A DNA stretch of 64,000 nucleotides from an uncultured Candidatus Binatia bacterium. Its GTDB lineage: Bacteria; Desulfobacterota; Binatia; UBA9968; JAJDTQ01. How positions within the stretch are numbered: the first letter of the stretch is position 1; each line of letters begins with the position of its first letter. A model generated the notes under the pieces. It searched no databases. It was not told where the DNA came from and saw nothing but the letters and a program-made list of their open reading frames with translations. The stretch lies in NCBI GenBank assembly GCA_965215605.1, contig OZ244070.1, positions 3,808,001-3,872,000 of the forward strand, read 5' to 3'. A program made the position numbers and the translations under genes. Below, in pieces: positions 25,957 to 41,052 of the stretch.

Positions 25957-26937
25957 TCACGTGTCCAGTACGCTCGGATGAAAGAGTTCCTCCACCGGAT
26001 AGGGCGCATCGATGAGCGTCTGGTCGGTCAGGTATTTCATGAAGCGTTCGAGGCTGGCGCGGTTGGCGGCGAGGCCCGAGGGCCAGATATCGGCGCCGAA
26101 CAGCGTCCGTTCCTCCTCGAAATCGTTGCGCGCGAACGCCAGTTCCGCATAACCCGGGTCTTCATAGAATCCCGCCGCCTGGGTCTTGGAATCCTCCCAC
26201 ATTTCCATCAGCGCGCGCGGCAGGTCCGGGTGACGGTCGGCGATTTCCTGCTTGTAGACCAGCACGTGCATGATCGGATAATCGCCGTATTTCCTGAAAT
26301 AGCGGGCACATTCTTCCTTGGTGTCGGGGAAGAGCCGGCGGAGCGAGCCGTCCCGCAATCCCTCCAGCAGCTTCTCCGGCGGATGCGGGTGGATCATCAT
26401 GGCCAACTCGCCCTTGATCAGGGCATCCGGCGCGCTGGGCTCGTCGATCAGGGTCAAATCGGCCGCCTCCCGGCCCGGCCAGTCCACAAGCTCGGCGCTC
26501 ATGGTCTGCCAATCGAGCTCCTGCCAGGGAACGCCGTACTCGAAAGCGAGGTCGCCCTTGGCCAGCACCGACATGGTGGTCTGGAAGCTGCGGCAGCAGA
26601 CTTTCCGGCCGATCAGATCGGCCGGCTTGTCGATGCCGGCGGCGGTGCTGACGAACATGTGGTTCTGGCTGAACAGGCGGCGCGGGAACACCGGCGTCGC
26701 CGTGTAGTCGAGCCCGCGGCTCTTGGCGGTCAGATAAGACGAAACCGACATTTCGCAGATGTCGAATTCCTGCCCGCGCATGAAGCGCTTGTGGCGGTCG
26801 ATGCCATCGCGCCGCGGCGGCGCCATGCCGACCTCGAGCACCTTCAGGTCGATGCCGTCCGGGGGCGTGACCATTCCCATGAAAAACGGCACGTGCCGGT
26901 CGTATCGCTCGAGCGCGATGGTCAGTTCTGTCGCCAT
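25957..26937 (-). CDS. 4,5-dihydroxyphthalate decarboxylase-like protein (periplasmic-binding fold)
   Basis: LTIALERYDR, FDICEMSVSSY, PVFPRRLF, YPIMH, WPSGLAANR. Confidence 0.75.
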   Translation of the reverse strand: MATELTIALERYDRHVPFFMGMVTPPDGIDLKVLEVGMAPPRRDGIDRHKRFMRGQEFDICEMSVSSYLTAKSRGLDYTATPVFPRRLFSQNHMFVSTAAGIDKPADLIGRKVCCRSFQTTMSVLAKGDLAFEYGVPWQELDWQTMSAELVDWPGREAADLTLIDEPSAPDALIKGELAMMIHPHPPEKLLEGLRDGSLRRLFPDTKEECARYFRKYGDYPIMHVLVYKQEIADRHPDLPRALMEMWEDSKTQAAGFYEDPGYAELAFARNDFEEERTLFGADIWPSGLAANRASLERFMKYLTDQTLIDAPYPVEELFHPSVLDT

Positions 26938-27012
26938 GTCGAGTCTTCCCTTTCTGTCCGGTTACAATGCCAAGCCGCGGCATCGGAATGGAGAGGACAC
27001 TGGTTTGGCGCC

Positions 27013-27705
27013 TCAACGAGCCTGGTATTCCGACAGAAGACTATCACAGGAGGAGAAATCCGTCAGGGTCCGCAGACAGGCGAAGGTTTCGAAATCCAGG
27101 AGAAGATCCCCGTCGCGCCAGAGGAGCAACGCCTTCTCCGGCACATGCCAGACCACACCGCCGATGCGAAGGTCGCCGGGGACGTTGACGAGGAAAAACC
27201 GGGTGGCGCAACCGGAACCGGGGTCAACCCATTGGGTGAAGAAGAAGAGCCGGCCCAGATCGCAATGCAGTTGCTCCCGGACCAGGAAATCGCCGAAGGC
27301 CGGCCCGCCCAGGCTCAAGAACCGACGCTCACGGGGGGTCACCCTTCGTTGCAAGGGCGTCCGCCGCTCCCCCTCGACGGCGAAGACAAGACCCGTGGCG
27401 GCAAGCAGGACCCTGGCGGCGGCAACCCAGCAACCCATGGCGTGCGCGGGAGTCTTCTCGTGTCCAAGCAACCGGTGCGCCGTGGCGCTCGTCAGGCCGT
27501 GGCACCGCCGCAAAGTCCGCGGCGCGTGATCGCCGCTGTCGATACGATCGCCGGGGAAGGACAGATCGCGGCTTCCGGGGCCTGCGGCGGCGGCCATTGG
27601 TCTCGACAGCACCTGAAGACCGAAGCGGCGACTGTCTCGCACGCACACCAGCGCCACCCGGTCAGCACCATCATCCATCGGACACCGTCCGGGCTCCCCC
27701 ATCAC
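27013..27705 (-). CDS. Degenerate Nudix-fold (NUDT19-like) protein
   Basis: FPGDRID, CWVAAARVLLAATG, FFTQWVDP, TRFFL; Nudix-box glutamates are absent. Start uncertain. Confidence 0.55.
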   Translation of the reverse strand: MMGEPGRCPMDDGADRVALVCVRDSRRFGLQVLSRPMAAAAGPGSRDLSFPGDRIDSGDHAPRTLRRCHGLTSATAHRLLGHEKTPAHAMGCWVAAARVLLAATGLVFAVEGERRTPLQRRVTPRERRFLSLGGPAFGDFLVREQLHCDLGRLFFFTQWVDPGSGCATRFFLVNVPGDLRIGGVVWHVPEKALLLWRDGDLLLDFETFACLRTLTDFSSCDSLLSEYQAR

Positions 27706-27732
27706 CTCCGCGCCCGGACAACCGGCGCTTGC

Positions 27733-29109
27733 TCACGGCCTCCATAAGGGCAGCCACAGGGGTTCCGCCAGCACGAAGTCCTTTTGTGCGATCCGCTCCA
27801 GGGCCTGGCGCAACTGACCCACGCTGGTCTCTTCCAGGGTGATGACGAACGGGAGGATCTCGTCGGGCGCGGCTCCGCCCTTCCCCGCTCCCACCAGGGA
27901 TTCCAGCTCTTCCTCGCCGTGGTCGAGCTGCCAGATCTCCGAGACGTTGATCTGCTTGTCTCCGAAGATCTGGCAGATCTCGCCGACGATGCCGCTCTGG
28001 TCCCGCACCACGAAGCGCACGTAGAAGGAGGCTCGCAACTCGTCTTCCGGACGAACCGAGTCGACTCCCGGGACGATGCTCTCCACCGGCAGGAACGGCG
28101 TGTCGCCCGAGCGCGCCACCAACTCGTGGACGTCGCCCAGCACGGCCACGGCGGTGGCTCCGCCGCCGGCTCCTGGCCCCGCGAACACGTAGTCCCAGTC
28201 ACCCGCGTCCGCCGCTCCGCCCTCGCTCACCTCACCCTTGAAGAACACCGCGTTGGTGACGCCGTCGATGCAAGCGATGGGGTGCCCCTCGGGCACCACC
28301 ATGGGCGTCACCATGGCTTCCAAGGCGCCGCCGACGCTTCGTGCCAAGGCCACGGACTTGATGGTGCCGCGACCCTTCCGGGCGGCGTAGAGGAAGTCGA
28401 TGGCGTGGATGCGCTCGATGCCCTTGCGGTGGATGACGCCCGGCTCCAGGCGCGCGCCGAAGGTAATGGACGACAGCAGCAAGAGCTTGGCCTCGGCGTC
28501 CCGGCCGCTCACGTCGGCGTCCGGATCGGCTTCGGCGTAACCCAGCGCCTGGGCCGACGCCAGCGCGTCGCCGTAGGATCTCCCCTTCCGGGCCATCTCG
28601 GTCAGGATGTAGTTGCAGGTGCCGTTCACCAAGCCATAGACGGCCGCCGGCCGCTCGGCGCCGAGGCTCTGGGTCAGCGGTCCAATGATGGGGATGCCGC
28701 CGCCCACACAGGCCTCGAAGCGGACGGCCCGGCCGCACTCCCGGGCGGCGGACCAGATCTCCGGTCCGTGGGCCACCAGCAAGGCCTTGTTGGCCGTAAC
28801 CACGGACTTGCCGTGACGCAGCGCGTCCACGACCCATTCCTTCTGGGCGCGCAGGTCCTCGGGTCCGCCGGCGCCCAATACCTCCACGACGATATCGACG
28901 TCGGGATGGCCGGTGATCGCGGCCGGGTCGGTGGTGAACAGTTCCGGTGAAACCTGGCACCTCGACTTGCCTTCGGGCTTGCGCGTAAAGATCTTGACGA
29001 CGTCGGCGTCGACGCCGAAGCGCGCCAGATGGCCGTCGGCGATCAGGTCGTGGACCGCGCCGCCCACGGTGCCGGCGCCGAGGATGCCGATGTGGACCCG
29101 GGATGCCAT
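27733..29109 (-). CDS. hom: Homoserine dehydrogenase with ACT domain
   Basis: GAGTVG, VVTANK, FEACVGGGIP, NGTCNYIL, GYAEADP..DVSG.D, GPGAGG. Confidence 0.95.
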   Translation of the reverse strand: MASRVHIGILGAGTVGGAVHDLIADGHLARFGVDADVVKIFTRKPEGKSRCQVSPELFTTDPAAITGHPDVDIVVEVLGAGGPEDLRAQKEWVVDALRHGKSVVTANKALLVAHGPEIWSAARECGRAVRFEACVGGGIPIIGPLTQSLGAERPAAVYGLVNGTCNYILTEMARKGRSYGDALASAQALGYAEADPDADVSGRDAEAKLLLLSSITFGARLEPGVIHRKGIERIHAIDFLYAARKGRGTIKSVALARSVGGALEAMVTPMVVPEGHPIACIDGVTNAVFFKGEVSEGGAADAGDWDYVFAGPGAGGGATAVAVLGDVHELVARSGDTPFLPVESIVPGVDSVRPEDELRASFYVRFVVRDQSGIVGEICQIFGDKQINVSEIWQLDHGEEELESLVGAGKGGAAPDEILPFVITLEETSVGQLRQALERIAQKDFVLAEPLWLPLWRP

Positions 29110-29118
29110 GGCGCCAGA

Positions 29119-30297
29119 CTATTCGGGCAGGACGCCCATGGCCTTGCGGATGGTCCGCACCGCCTGGCGGGTGCGATGCTCGTTCTCGATGAGCGCGAAG
29201 CGCACGTGCTGATCGCCGTACTGGCCGAAGCCGATGCCGGGAGACACCGCCACCTTGGCCTCGCTCAGCAGGAACTTGGAGAACTCCACCGAGCCCATGG
29301 AGCGGTAGGGAGCCGGGATCTCGGCCCACACGAACATGGTGGCCCTGGGCTTCCGGATCATCCAGTTGATCCGGGCCAAACCCTCCACCAGCACGTCCCG
29401 CCGGCTCCGGTAGGTCTCGGAGATCTCCCGGACGTCGTCGTCCTGGGCGTTGAGGGCGTGTATCGCCGCGATCTGAACCGGCTGGAAGATGCCGTAGTCC
29501 AGATAACTCTTGATGCGCGCCAGCGCGTGGATCATGGTGGCGTTGCCCACCGCGAAGCCCACCCGCCAACCCGGCATGTTGTAGCTCTTGGACATGGTGA
29601 AGAATTCCACGCCCACATCCTTGGCGCCCGGCGCCTGCAGGAAGCTCGGGGGATCGTAGCCGTCGAAGGTCAGGTCCGCGTAAGCCAGATCGTGGATCAC
29701 CAACATCTCATGGGCCTTGGCGAAGCTCACGATGCGCTCGAAGAACTCGAGGTCCACCACTTCGGTGGTGGGGTTGTGGGGGAAATTCAGGATCAGCAGC
29801 TTGGGACGCGGCCAGGTTTGCTTGATGGCCTCCTCGAGGTGTTCCATGAACCCCTCGCTGGAGACCAGCGGAATGCTCCGGAGGTCGCCGCCGGCGATGA
29901 CCACCGAGTACTGGTGGATGGGATAGGTGGGACTCGGACACAGCACCACGTCACCCGGATCGATCATGGCCAGCACCAGGTGCGCCAGCCCTTCCTTGGA
30001 GCCGATGGTTACAATGGCTTCGTCGTCCGCATCGATGGAGACGCCGTACCGCCGCCGATACCAGTCGGAGATGGCTACCCTGAGCTTGTAGATGCCCCGG
30101 GACACCGAGTAGCGGTGGTTCTGCGGCTTCATGACCGCCTCCACCAGCTTGTCGACGATGGGCGCCGGCGTGGCCATATCCGGATTGCCCATGCTGAAGT
30201 CGACGATGTCCTCCCCCCTCCTCCGAGCCTCCTGCTTGAGATCGTTGATGGTGTTGAAAACGTAGGGAGGCAGTCTCTTGATTCGGTTGAACTCCAC
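29119..30297 (-). CDS. PLP-dependent class I/II aminotransferase (AlaC-like)
   Basis: [41 protein letters not shown]; GTG start at 30297. Confidence 0.9.
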   Translation of the reverse strand: MEFNRIKRLPPYVFNTINDLKQEARRRGEDIVDFSMGNPDMATPAPIVDKLVEAVMKPQNHRYSVSRGIYKLRVAISDWYRRRYGVSIDADDEAIVTIGSKEGLAHLVLAMIDPGDVVLCPSPTYPIHQYSVVIAGGDLRSIPLVSSEGFMEHLEEAIKQTWPRPKLLILNFPHNPTTEVVDLEFFERIVSFAKAHEMLVIHDLAYADLTFDGYDPPSFLQAPGAKDVGVEFFTMSKSYNMPGWRVGFAVGNATMIHALARIKSYLDYGIFQPVQIAAIHALNAQDDDVREISETYRSRRDVLVEGLARINWMIRKPRATMFVWAEIPAPYRSMGSVEFSKFLLSEAKVAVSPGIGFGQYGDQHVRFALIENEHRTRQAVRTIRKAMGVLPE

Positions 30298-30412
30298 CTT
30301 GCAGTTCCTCCCGTCCCCTTCCGGCCGGGTGTATTCGTGGCATCGCGGCCGCGGGAACCTCGACGACAGTCCCGCATGACCTTCAGCGACTGAAACAGGC
30401 AGGATGGATTTT

Positions 30413-30441
30413 GTTATAAGGCATTGAAACCACAGGCGCAA
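30413..30441 (-). promoter_or_regulatory. Candidate sigma70 promoter for the aminotransferase-hom genes
   Basis: Minus strand TTGCGC-17 nt-TATAAC in an AT-richer intergenic patch. Confidence 0.4.
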
Positions 30442-30472
30442 ATTGCCGGCGGCACGACGGTCCGGAAAGTGC

Positions 30473-32695
30473 TTAATCGGCCCATGCCACCAACTGCATG
30501 CTGTCGCCCCATCGATGTTGCAGCACCTCCCTGATTCCCTGCGAGACCTGGCCGCCCAAGCCCGGGTCGTGTGCGAGCCAGTCACGCGCCTCTTGCCGCG
30601 CCGCCTGCAGCACCTCGTGATCCCGCACCAGATGGGCTACCCGGAATCCCTGGTAACCGGCCTGGCGCCTCCCGAGGATCTCCCCGGCGCCGCGGAACCG
30701 CAGGTCGGCCTCGGCCACCTCGAAGCCGTCGGCGGAGCGTTCCAGCACTTCCAGCCGCCGGCGGGAGTCGTCGTCCCTTGAGCCGTAGTGGATCAGGACG
30801 CAGTGGGATTCGTCCCGGCCCCGCCCCACCCTGCCCCGAAGCTGGTGTAGCTGCGCGAGCCCGAACCGCTCGGCGTGCTCCACCACCATGAGGGTGGCGC
30901 CGGGGACGTCGATGCCCACCTCGATGACGGTGGTGGCCACAAGGACCTGAATCTCCCCCTGCCGGAAACGCCGCATCACCTGGTCCCGGTCGGAGGCGGG
31001 CATCTGGCCGTGGACCAGCCCCAGACGAAGCCCTTTCATGACGGTCCGGGACAGTTCCCGGGCCATGGTCTCGGCGGCCGCCAGGGGCAACTTTTCCGAC
31101 TCCCCCACCAGCGGGTACACGAGGTAGGCTTGGCGCCCGTCCGTTACCGCGGCGCGGACGCGCTCGTAGACTCTCTTTCTCCGATCCTCCTGCACCACCA
31201 CCGTGCGCACGGGTGTCCTGCCCGGCGGCGCCTCGTCCAGCAACGACACTTCCAGGTCGCCGGACAGGACCATGGCGAGGCTGCGGGGAATGGGGGTGGC
31301 GCTCATCAGGAGCAGGTCCGGCTCGGGAGCGACGGCGCCGGCTGCCGCATCCCGCAAGGACAGCCGGGCGAAGGCTGTGCGCTGGCTCACTCCGAAGCGG
31401 TGCTGCTCGTCGACGATGCCGAGCCCCATGCGCGGCACGGACACGCCCTGCTGAATGAGCGCGTGCGTGCCCACCACGAAATCCACCTCGCCGTTGCCGA
31501 TGCGCCGGGTGATATCTTTCCGGGCGGCGGCTGGAAGTGAGCCGGAAAGCAGCGCCGCGCGAAGGTTCAACCGCTCGGCGTAGGGTTGGAGCCTTTCGTA
31601 GTGCTGCTCGGCCAGCAATTCGGTGGGAGCCAGCAGCAGCGCCTGACGCCCGTTCTCCATGGCCCGCAGGGCGGCGAGCCAGGCGATGACGGTCTTGCCC
31701 GAGCCCACGTCGCCTTGCAGCAGGCGGCGCATGGGGCTCGGCGACTCCATGTCCGAGTAGATCTCCCGCAGCACCCGTTCCTGGCCGCCGGTGAGGCGGT
31801 ATGGGAGCAGCTCCCGCATCCGGAGGGTGAGCGGTCCCGCCCGTGCCGGCGAGGGGAAGCCGGGACGGTCCAGGCGCTGTCGTTGGCGCAGGGCCAGGGC
31901 CAGTTGGAAGTAGAAGAACTCGTCGAACGCCAGGGAGCGGCGGGCCGCGGCCCTGGCCTCGTCGGCGGCGCCAGGCTCCGGCGCGCGGTCGGAAATGCCT
32001 CCTCCTCCCTGCGAGGGAGGGACCTCCCGGTCCCCGGGGGATGGACGATGGAGGATCTCCAAGGACTGTCTCAGGTCCATGAGCCGCTGCCGCTCCGCCA
32101 CTTCCGGCGGCAGGAAGCTGGGGAGAAAATCGCCGAACCGCTCCAGGGCCTGGGCCGCCCAGCCGCGCATGTTGGCCTGCGACACGTCGCCGGGCTTCTC
32201 GTATACCGGCCTCACGTCGGGCTGCCGGTCCGTTCCCTCGTCGAGGACCTCGAACTCCGGATGGGGCACGCTGAGCCGCGCTCCGCGTCCCGGCGCCACT
32301 CTGCCGTAGACGGAAAGCCGCTGGCCCACGCGCAGGGCGTCCGCGATATAGCGGACGGGGTTGAACCACACCAGCTCCAGGCTGCCGGTGTCGTCGGTCA
32401 ACGTGCCCGTGAGGATGCCGCGGCCCCGGCGAATCCGTCCGGACCGCAGGCCGGTCAGGCGGCCGACAAAGATTCCGCTCTCGCCGGCAGCGGCTTCACC
32501 GATGGCGGTCACGTCCCGGCGATCCTCGTAGCGGAACGGCAGGTGGTACAGCAGGTCCTCGACGGTGGCGAGCCCGCGCCCGGAGAGCTGCGCGGCCCGT
32601 ACCGGGCCGACGCCCTTCAGCACGTCCAGGCCAAGCTGCAAGGCTTCGCGGCAATCGGCGAGTTCGGTGGGCGTGACGTGATAGGAATAGGCCAC
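30473..32695 (-). CDS. recG: ATP-dependent DNA helicase RecG
   Basis: [57 protein letters not shown]. Confidence 0.96.
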   Translation of the reverse strand: MAYSYHVTPTELADCREALQLGLDVLKGVGPVRAAQLSGRGLATVEDLLYHLPFRYEDRRDVTAIGEAAAGESGIFVGRLTGLRSGRIRRGRGILTGTLTDDTGSLELVWFNPVRYIADALRVGQRLSVYGRVAPGRGARLSVPHPEFEVLDEGTDRQPDVRPVYEKPGDVSQANMRGWAAQALERFGDFLPSFLPPEVAERQRLMDLRQSLEILHRPSPGDREVPPSQGGGGISDRAPEPGAADEARAAARRSLAFDEFFYFQLALALRQRQRLDRPGFPSPARAGPLTLRMRELLPYRLTGGQERVLREIYSDMESPSPMRRLLQGDVGSGKTVIAWLAALRAMENGRQALLLAPTELLAEQHYERLQPYAERLNLRAALLSGSLPAAARKDITRRIGNGEVDFVVGTHALIQQGVSVPRMGLGIVDEQHRFGVSQRTAFARLSLRDAAAGAVAPEPDLLLMSATPIPRSLAMVLSGDLEVSLLDEAPPGRTPVRTVVVQEDRRKRVYERVRAAVTDGRQAYLVYPLVGESEKLPLAAAETMARELSRTVMKGLRLGLVHGQMPASDRDQVMRRFRQGEIQVLVATTVIEVGIDVPGATLMVVEHAERFGLAQLHQLRGRVGRGRDESHCVLIHYGSRDDDSRRRLEVLERSADGFEVAEADLRFRGAGEILGRRQAGYQGFRVAHLVRDHEVLQAARQEARDWLAHDPGLGGQVSQGIREVLQHRWGDSMQLVAWAD

Positions 32696-32740
32696 GGCAG
32701 GAGGCTATCGTTGTTGACGCAGCCCGCCAGGACGCAACCT

Positions 32741-32766
32741 GTCATTCCCGCTTCCGCGGGAATGAC
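32741..32766. repeat. REP-like palindrome (GTCATTCCCG family)
   Basis: GTCATTCCCGC-TTCC-GCGGGAATGAC in the carB-recG spacer; related copy at 42036-42063. Confidence 0.75.
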
Positions 32767-32789
32767 GGAAACCGGGCGTCAGCACAGCA

Positions 32790-36011
<3,222 letters not shown>

Positions 36012-36012
36012 C

Positions 36013-37131
36013 TCAGTCCTTCTCCCCGGCCATCAGGCCGCGAAAGCGGTCGAACAGGTACGACGCGTCGTGGGGACCGGGCGACGCCTCGGGATGATAC
36101 TGGACCGAGAAAACGGGCTCCTCGCGGTGCCGGAGCCCTTCCACGGTACGGTCGTTGAGGTTCACGTGGGTCACTTCCACCGCGCCCTTGAGGGAGTCCG
36201 CGTCCACGGCGAATCCGTGGTTCTGGGTGGTGATCTCCACCTTTTCGGTGGTGAGGTCCATCACCGGCTGGTTGCCGCCGTGATGGCCGAACTTGAGCTT
36301 GAAGGTCCGCCCGCCCATGGCGAGCCCCAGGATCTGGTGGCCCAGACAGATGCCGAAAATGGGGCGGCGGCCGATGAGATCCCGCACGATGTCCGCGGCA
36401 TAGGACACGGCCGCCGGGTCTCCCGGGCCGTTGGACAGGAAGATGCCGTCCGGCTCCAGCGCCAGGGCGTCCGCAGCCGGGGTCCAGGCCGGCACCACCG
36501 TCACCCCGCATCCGGCCTCCACCAGACCTCGAAGGATGCCGTACTTGATGCCGTAATCGTAGGCCACCACGTGAAATTCCGGCTCCCGGGCGGGCGCGAA
36601 GCCACTTCCCATCCGCCAACTCCCCTGGTCCCACCGGTAGGGCTCCCGGCAGCTCACGTTCTTCACGAGGTCCCTGCCCTCAAGTCCCCCCAACGCCTGA
36701 GCTTTTCCGGCCAGCTCGGCCTCGTCAAAGCTCACCGTGGAGATGATCCCTTCCTGGGCGCCGCGCTCGCGTATGCGGGTCACCAGGGAACGCGTATCCA
36801 CGCCTTCGATGCCCACCATGCCGTGCTCCCGCATGTAGTCGTGCAGGGCCCGGGTGGCGCGCCAGTTGCTGGGCACCGGGCAGTACTCCTTGACGATGAA
36901 CCCCCTGACGAACGGCCGTCCCGACTCGTCGTCCTCCGGATTGACGCCGACGTTGCCGATCTCGGGATAGGTCATGGTGACGAGCTGGCCCTCGTAGGAG
37001 GGATCGGTGAGGATCTCCTGGTATCCGGTCATGCTGGTGTTGAACACGACCTCTCCCGCCGCCTCCCCTTCGCTGCCGAAGGAGCGGCCGGTAAACGAGG
37101 TCCCGTCGGCCAGGGTAAGTGTGGCTTTCAT
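36013..37131 (-). CDS. carA: Carbamoyl-phosphate synthase small subunit
   Basis: [38 protein letters not shown]. Confidence 0.98.
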   Translation of the reverse strand: MKATLTLADGTSFTGRSFGSEGEAAGEVVFNTSMTGYQEILTDPSYEGQLVTMTYPEIGNVGVNPEDDESGRPFVRGFIVKEYCPVPSNWRATRALHDYMREHGMVGIEGVDTRSLVTRIRERGAQEGIISTVSFDEAELAGKAQALGGLEGRDLVKNVSCREPYRWDQGSWRMGSGFAPAREPEFHVVAYDYGIKYGILRGLVEAGCGVTVVPAWTPAADALALEPDGIFLSNGPGDPAAVSYAADIVRDLIGRRPIFGICLGHQILGLAMGGRTFKLKFGHHGGNQPVMDLTTEKVEITTQNHGFAVDADSLKGAVEVTHVNLNDRTVEGLRHREEPVFSVQYHPEASPGPHDASYLFDRFRGLMAGEKD

Positions 37132-37156
37132 GAGATGAACCGGCGCACTCTTGACG

Positions 37157-37858
37157 TCAGTGGATGAGGCCGCCGATGCGCCACCAGCGCAACCGGCTGT
37201 TTTCCGAGTCCCACGACCAGTACTTGACGAAAGCCCGGCCGCGGATGTCCTGGATGGGCACGAAGCCCCAGAAGCGGCTGTCGAAGCTCCGGTCCCGGTT
37301 GTCGCCCATGACGAACACGCGTCCGTCCGGCACCGTCACCGGGCCGAAGTTGTCCCGGACGTGGCCGGCCCCCAGGGTCGCGCCCTCATCCTCGAAATGG
37401 GCGTGGTCGTCGTCCACGGGCTTGCCGTTGATGTGGACCCTCTTGTTCCGGATCGCCACCTCGTCTCCCGGAAGCCCGACGACGCGCTTGATGAAATCCT
37501 TGCAGCGGTCCTCAGGGTAGACGAAAACGACGACGTCGTCCCGTTCCGGAATGTCCCATTCCACGAGATGTGAGCCTCTGACCAAGTCCACGCACCCGGC
37601 GAGGGGCACCCAGTTGACGTCCGGAAGCCGCAGGCCGTAGGACAGCTTGTTGACCAGGATGTGGTCGCCGATGGCCAGGGTGGGGATCATGGATCCCGAC
37701 GGGATCTTGAATGCCTGCACCACGAAAGCCCGCAGGAACAACGCCGCCACCAAGGCGATGAGTATGGCTTCCGTGTATTCCCGGAGGACGGACTTTCTCG
37801 GCTTTCCAAATCTGGCCACGTAAGGGGTCCTTCGTCTGAAACTTAACACTTCACCCAC
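37157..37858 (-). CDS. lepB: Signal peptidase I
   Basis: [35 protein letters not shown]. Confidence 0.95.
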   Translation of the reverse strand: MGEVLSFRRRTPYVARFGKPRKSVLREYTEAILIALVAALFLRAFVVQAFKIPSGSMIPTLAIGDHILVNKLSYGLRLPDVNWVPLAGCVDLVRGSHLVEWDIPERDDVVVFVYPEDRCKDFIKRVVGLPGDEVAIRNKRVHINGKPVDDDHAHFEDEGATLGAGHVRDNFGPVTVPDGRVFVMGDNRDRSFDSRFWGFVPIQDIRGRAFVKYWSWDSENSRLRWWRIGGLIH

Positions 37859-37870
37859 CGACTTTGAACT

Positions 37871-39664
37871 TCAGACCTTCAGCGCCGCCAGGAAGGCCTC
37901 CTGGGGTATCTCCACCCGTCCCACCGACTTCATGCGCTTCTTGCCTTCTTTCTGCCGCTCCAGGAGCTTCCGCTTGCGGGTGATGTCGCCGCCGTAGCAC
38001 TTGGCGGTGACGTTCTTGCGGAGCGCCTTCACCGACTCCCGGGCGATGATGCGGCTGCCGATGGCCGCCTGGATCACCACCTCGAACATCTGCCGCGGGA
38101 TCAGCTCCCGCATGCGCTGCACCAGGTCCCGGCCGCGCCCGTACGCCTTGTCGCGATGGACGATCAGCGACATGGCGTCCACCAGGTCGCCATTGATGCG
38201 GACGTCCAGCTTGACCAGCTTCGACGGCCGCATGCCCGCCAACTCGTAGTCCATGGACGCGTAGCCCCGGCTCAGGGACTTGAGCTTGTCGTAGAAGTCG
38301 AACACGATCTCGTTCAGCGGCAGCTCGTAGGTGACCATGGCGCGGTTGAGGCCCGCGTAGCGCAGCTCCCGCTGAATGCCGCGCTTTTCCTCGCACAGCT
38401 TGAGCACGCCCCCGAGGTAGCTCTGGGGAAGGTGGATGGTGGCCAGGATGATGGGCTCCTCGATGGTCTCGACGTCGGCCTCGTTGGGAAAGGCCACCGG
38501 ATTGTCGATGGCCAGAACCTCTCCCCCGTGGGTGGTGACCCGATAGACCACGGTGGGAGCCGTGTTGATGAGGGCAAGGTCGAACTCCCGCTCCACCCGC
38601 TCGCGCACGATATCGAGGTGCAGCAGGCCCAGAAACCCGCAACGAAAGCCGAAACCCAGGGCCTGGGAGCTCTCCGGCTCGAAGGTGAAGGAGGAGTCGT
38701 TCAGGCTCAGTTTCTCGAGCGCCGTCCGGAGCGCCTGATACTGGCCCGAGTCCGCCGGGTAGAGGCCGCTGAACACCACCGGCTTGAGCGGACGGAAGCC
38801 TTCCAACGGCTGGCCGGTGGGACGCTTGTGGCCGGTGACGGTATCGCCGATGCGGGCCTCGTGGATGTTCTTGATGGAGGCCATGAGAAAGCCCACCTCG
38901 CCCGGACCGAGGCTCCCCACCTCCACCGGCCCGGGAGCGAAGACGCCCAGGCGGTTCACCTCGAACACGCCGCCGGTGGACATGAGGCGGATGGCGTCGC
39001 CGGTGCGGACGTTCCCTTCGAAGACCCGCAGCAGGATCACCGCGCCGTGATAGGGGTCGAACCAGCTATCGAAGATGAGGCCCCTCAGGGGCGCCTCCGG
39101 CCCGCCCCCGGGCGGCGGGAAGTTGGCGATGATGCCCTCCAGCACGGCCTCGGTGCCGATGCCCTTCTTGGCGCTGGCGAGGATGGCCTGGGAGCCGTCC
39201 AGACCGATGATGTCCTCGATCTCCCGCTTGACCCGATCGGGGTCCGCGCTGGGCAGATCGATCTTGTTGATGACCGGGAACACATGGAGGTCGTGGTCCA
39301 GCGCCAGATAGACGTTGGCCACCGTCTGCGCCTCCACACCCTGGGCGGCGTCCACCACCAGGATCGCTCCTTCGCAGGCCGCGAGGCTCCGGGAGACTTC
39401 GTAGCTGAAATCCACGTGGCCGGGCGTATCGATGAGGTTCAGGATGTAGTCATCGCCGGCGGCGGACCGGTAATCGAGGCGGACCGGACTGGCCTTGATG
39501 GTGATGCCGCGCTCGCGTTCAAGCTCCATCTTGTCCAGGAACTGGTCGGTCTTCTCGCGCTCGCTGAGCGCGCCGGTGCACTCCAGCAACCGGTCCGCGA
39601 GCGTGGATTTGCCGTGATCGATATGGGCGATGATGCAGAAGTTCCGGATCCGGGCGCTATCCAC
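37871..39664 (-). CDS. lepA: Elongation factor 4
   Basis: [45 protein letters not shown]. Confidence 0.98.
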   Translation of the reverse strand: MDSARIRNFCIIAHIDHGKSTLADRLLECTGALSEREKTDQFLDKMELERERGITIKASPVRLDYRSAAGDDYILNLIDTPGHVDFSYEVSRSLAACEGAILVVDAAQGVEAQTVANVYLALDHDLHVFPVINKIDLPSADPDRVKREIEDIIGLDGSQAILASAKKGIGTEAVLEGIIANFPPPGGGPEAPLRGLIFDSWFDPYHGAVILLRVFEGNVRTGDAIRLMSTGGVFEVNRLGVFAPGPVEVGSLGPGEVGFLMASIKNIHEARIGDTVTGHKRPTGQPLEGFRPLKPVVFSGLYPADSGQYQALRTALEKLSLNDSSFTFEPESSQALGFGFRCGFLGLLHLDIVRERVEREFDLALINTAPTVVYRVTTHGGEVLAIDNPVAFPNEADVETIEEPIILATIHLPQSYLGGVLKLCEEKRGIQRELRYAGLNRAMVTYELPLNEIVFDFYDKLKSLSRGYASMDYELAGMRPSKLVKLDVRINGDLVDAMSLIVHRDKAYGRGRDLVQRMRELIPRQMFEVVIQAAIGSRIIARESVKALRKNVTAKCYGGDITRKRKLLERQKEGKKRMKSVGRVEIPQEAFLAALKV

Positions 39665-40958
39665 TGCTCCGCCCTATCGAATGGTAGATGAAGCCCTGCC
39701 GGCGCATCGCCGCCGGTTCGTAGAGGTTGCGGCCGTCGAAGACCACCGGCCGGCGCAACAGCTTCTTGAGCCGGGAGAAATCGGGACTGCGGAACTCGTT
39801 CCATTCGGTCAGGACCAGCACCGCGTCAGCGCCCTCGGCCGCCTCGTAGTTGCTGCCGCCGAACTCGATGCGCTCTCCGTAGCGCTTCCGCGCCTCCTCC
39901 ATGGCCTCGGGGTCGAAGGCCCGCACCCGCACGCCGGCCTCCAGCAGACCGTCGATGATCGGGATGGCGGGCGCCTCGCGCATGTCGTCGGTGCGGGCCT
40001 TGAAGGACAGCCCCCACACCGCCAGGGTGAGTCCGGACAACTCGCCGAAGTGCGCCTTGAGCTTCCCCAGCAACAGGCCCTTCTGGGCCTCGTTGACCCG
40101 GTCCACCGCCCGCAGCAACGGCATCTCCAGCTCTTCCCCGCCCATGGCGATCATCGCCCGGATATCCTTGGGCAGGCACGATCCGCCGTAGCCGATTCCC
40201 GCAAAGATGAAATGCGGGCCGATACGGTGGTCCAGTCCCATGATGCGCCGGACCTGTTCGATGTCCGCCCCCTCCTTCTCGCACAGGCGGGCGGTCTCGT
40301 TGATGAACGAGATCTTGGTGGCCAGGATCGCGTTGGCAGCGTACTTGCTCATCTCGGCGCTGCGCGTGTCCGTGAGGATGATGGGCTTGCCGGTGCGCAC
40401 GAAAGGCTCGTAGAGGGCCTTGAGACGTTCCAGCGAGCCGGCGTCATCGCCCCCCAGCACCACCCGGTCGGGCTTCATGAAGTCCTCCACCGCCGTGCCT
40501 TCCTTCAGGAACTCCGGGTTCGACACCACCGCCGCCGCATGCCGGGTGTGTTTCTCGATGATCTCCCGCACCCGCGCCGCCGTGCCCACCGGCACCGTGC
40601 TCTTGGTCACCACGATCTTGGCGCCGTTCATGGCCCGGGCGATGTCCTCCGCCACCGCGAATACCTGGCTGAGGTCGGCGCCGCCCGCCGACACCTGCGG
40701 CGTCCCCACCGCGATGAAGACGGCCTCCGCCTTTTCCACCGCTGCGCCCAGATCCGTGGAAAAGGACAGCCTGCCCTCGCGGGTGTTGCGCTCGATCAGT
40801 TCCTCCAGTCCCAGCTCATAGAACGGAACGCGGCCCTTCCGCAGCAGCTCGACCTTGGCCCCGTCGATGTCCACGCACACCACGTCGTTGCCGGTCTCGG
40901 CGAAGCAACTCCCCGTCACCAGTCCGACGTATCCCGTACCGAGCATTGCGATGTTCAT
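39657..40958 (-). CDS. ugd: UDP-glucose 6-dehydrogenase
   Basis: [38 protein letters not shown]. Confidence 0.93.
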   Translation of the reverse strand: MNIAMLGTGYVGLVTGSCFAETGNDVVCVDIDGAKVELLRKGRVPFYELGLEELIERNTREGRLSFSTDLGAAVEKAEAVFIAVGTPQVSAGGADLSQVFAVAEDIARAMNGAKIVVTKSTVPVGTAARVREIIEKHTRHAAAVVSNPEFLKEGTAVEDFMKPDRVVLGGDDAGSLERLKALYEPFVRTGKPIILTDTRSAEMSKYAANAILATKISFINETARLCEKEGADIEQVRRIMGLDHRIGPHFIFAGIGYGGSCLPKDIRAMIAMGGEELEMPLLRAVDRVNEAQKGLLLGKLKAHFGELSGLTLAVWGLSFKARTDDMREAPAIPIIDGLLEAGVRVRAFDPEAMEEARKRYGERIEFGGSNYEAAEGADAVLVLTEWNEFRSPDFSRLKKLLRRPVVFDGRNLYEPAAMRRQGFIYHSIGRSSG

Positions 40959-41052
40959 GCGATCAACTTGATTCCGCTGGCTGCCTGCGCGCCGCGGCCG
41001 TGGCCACGGACTCGATCGAGGCGGGGGTCAAACCCGCCCGCGCGCGAACATC

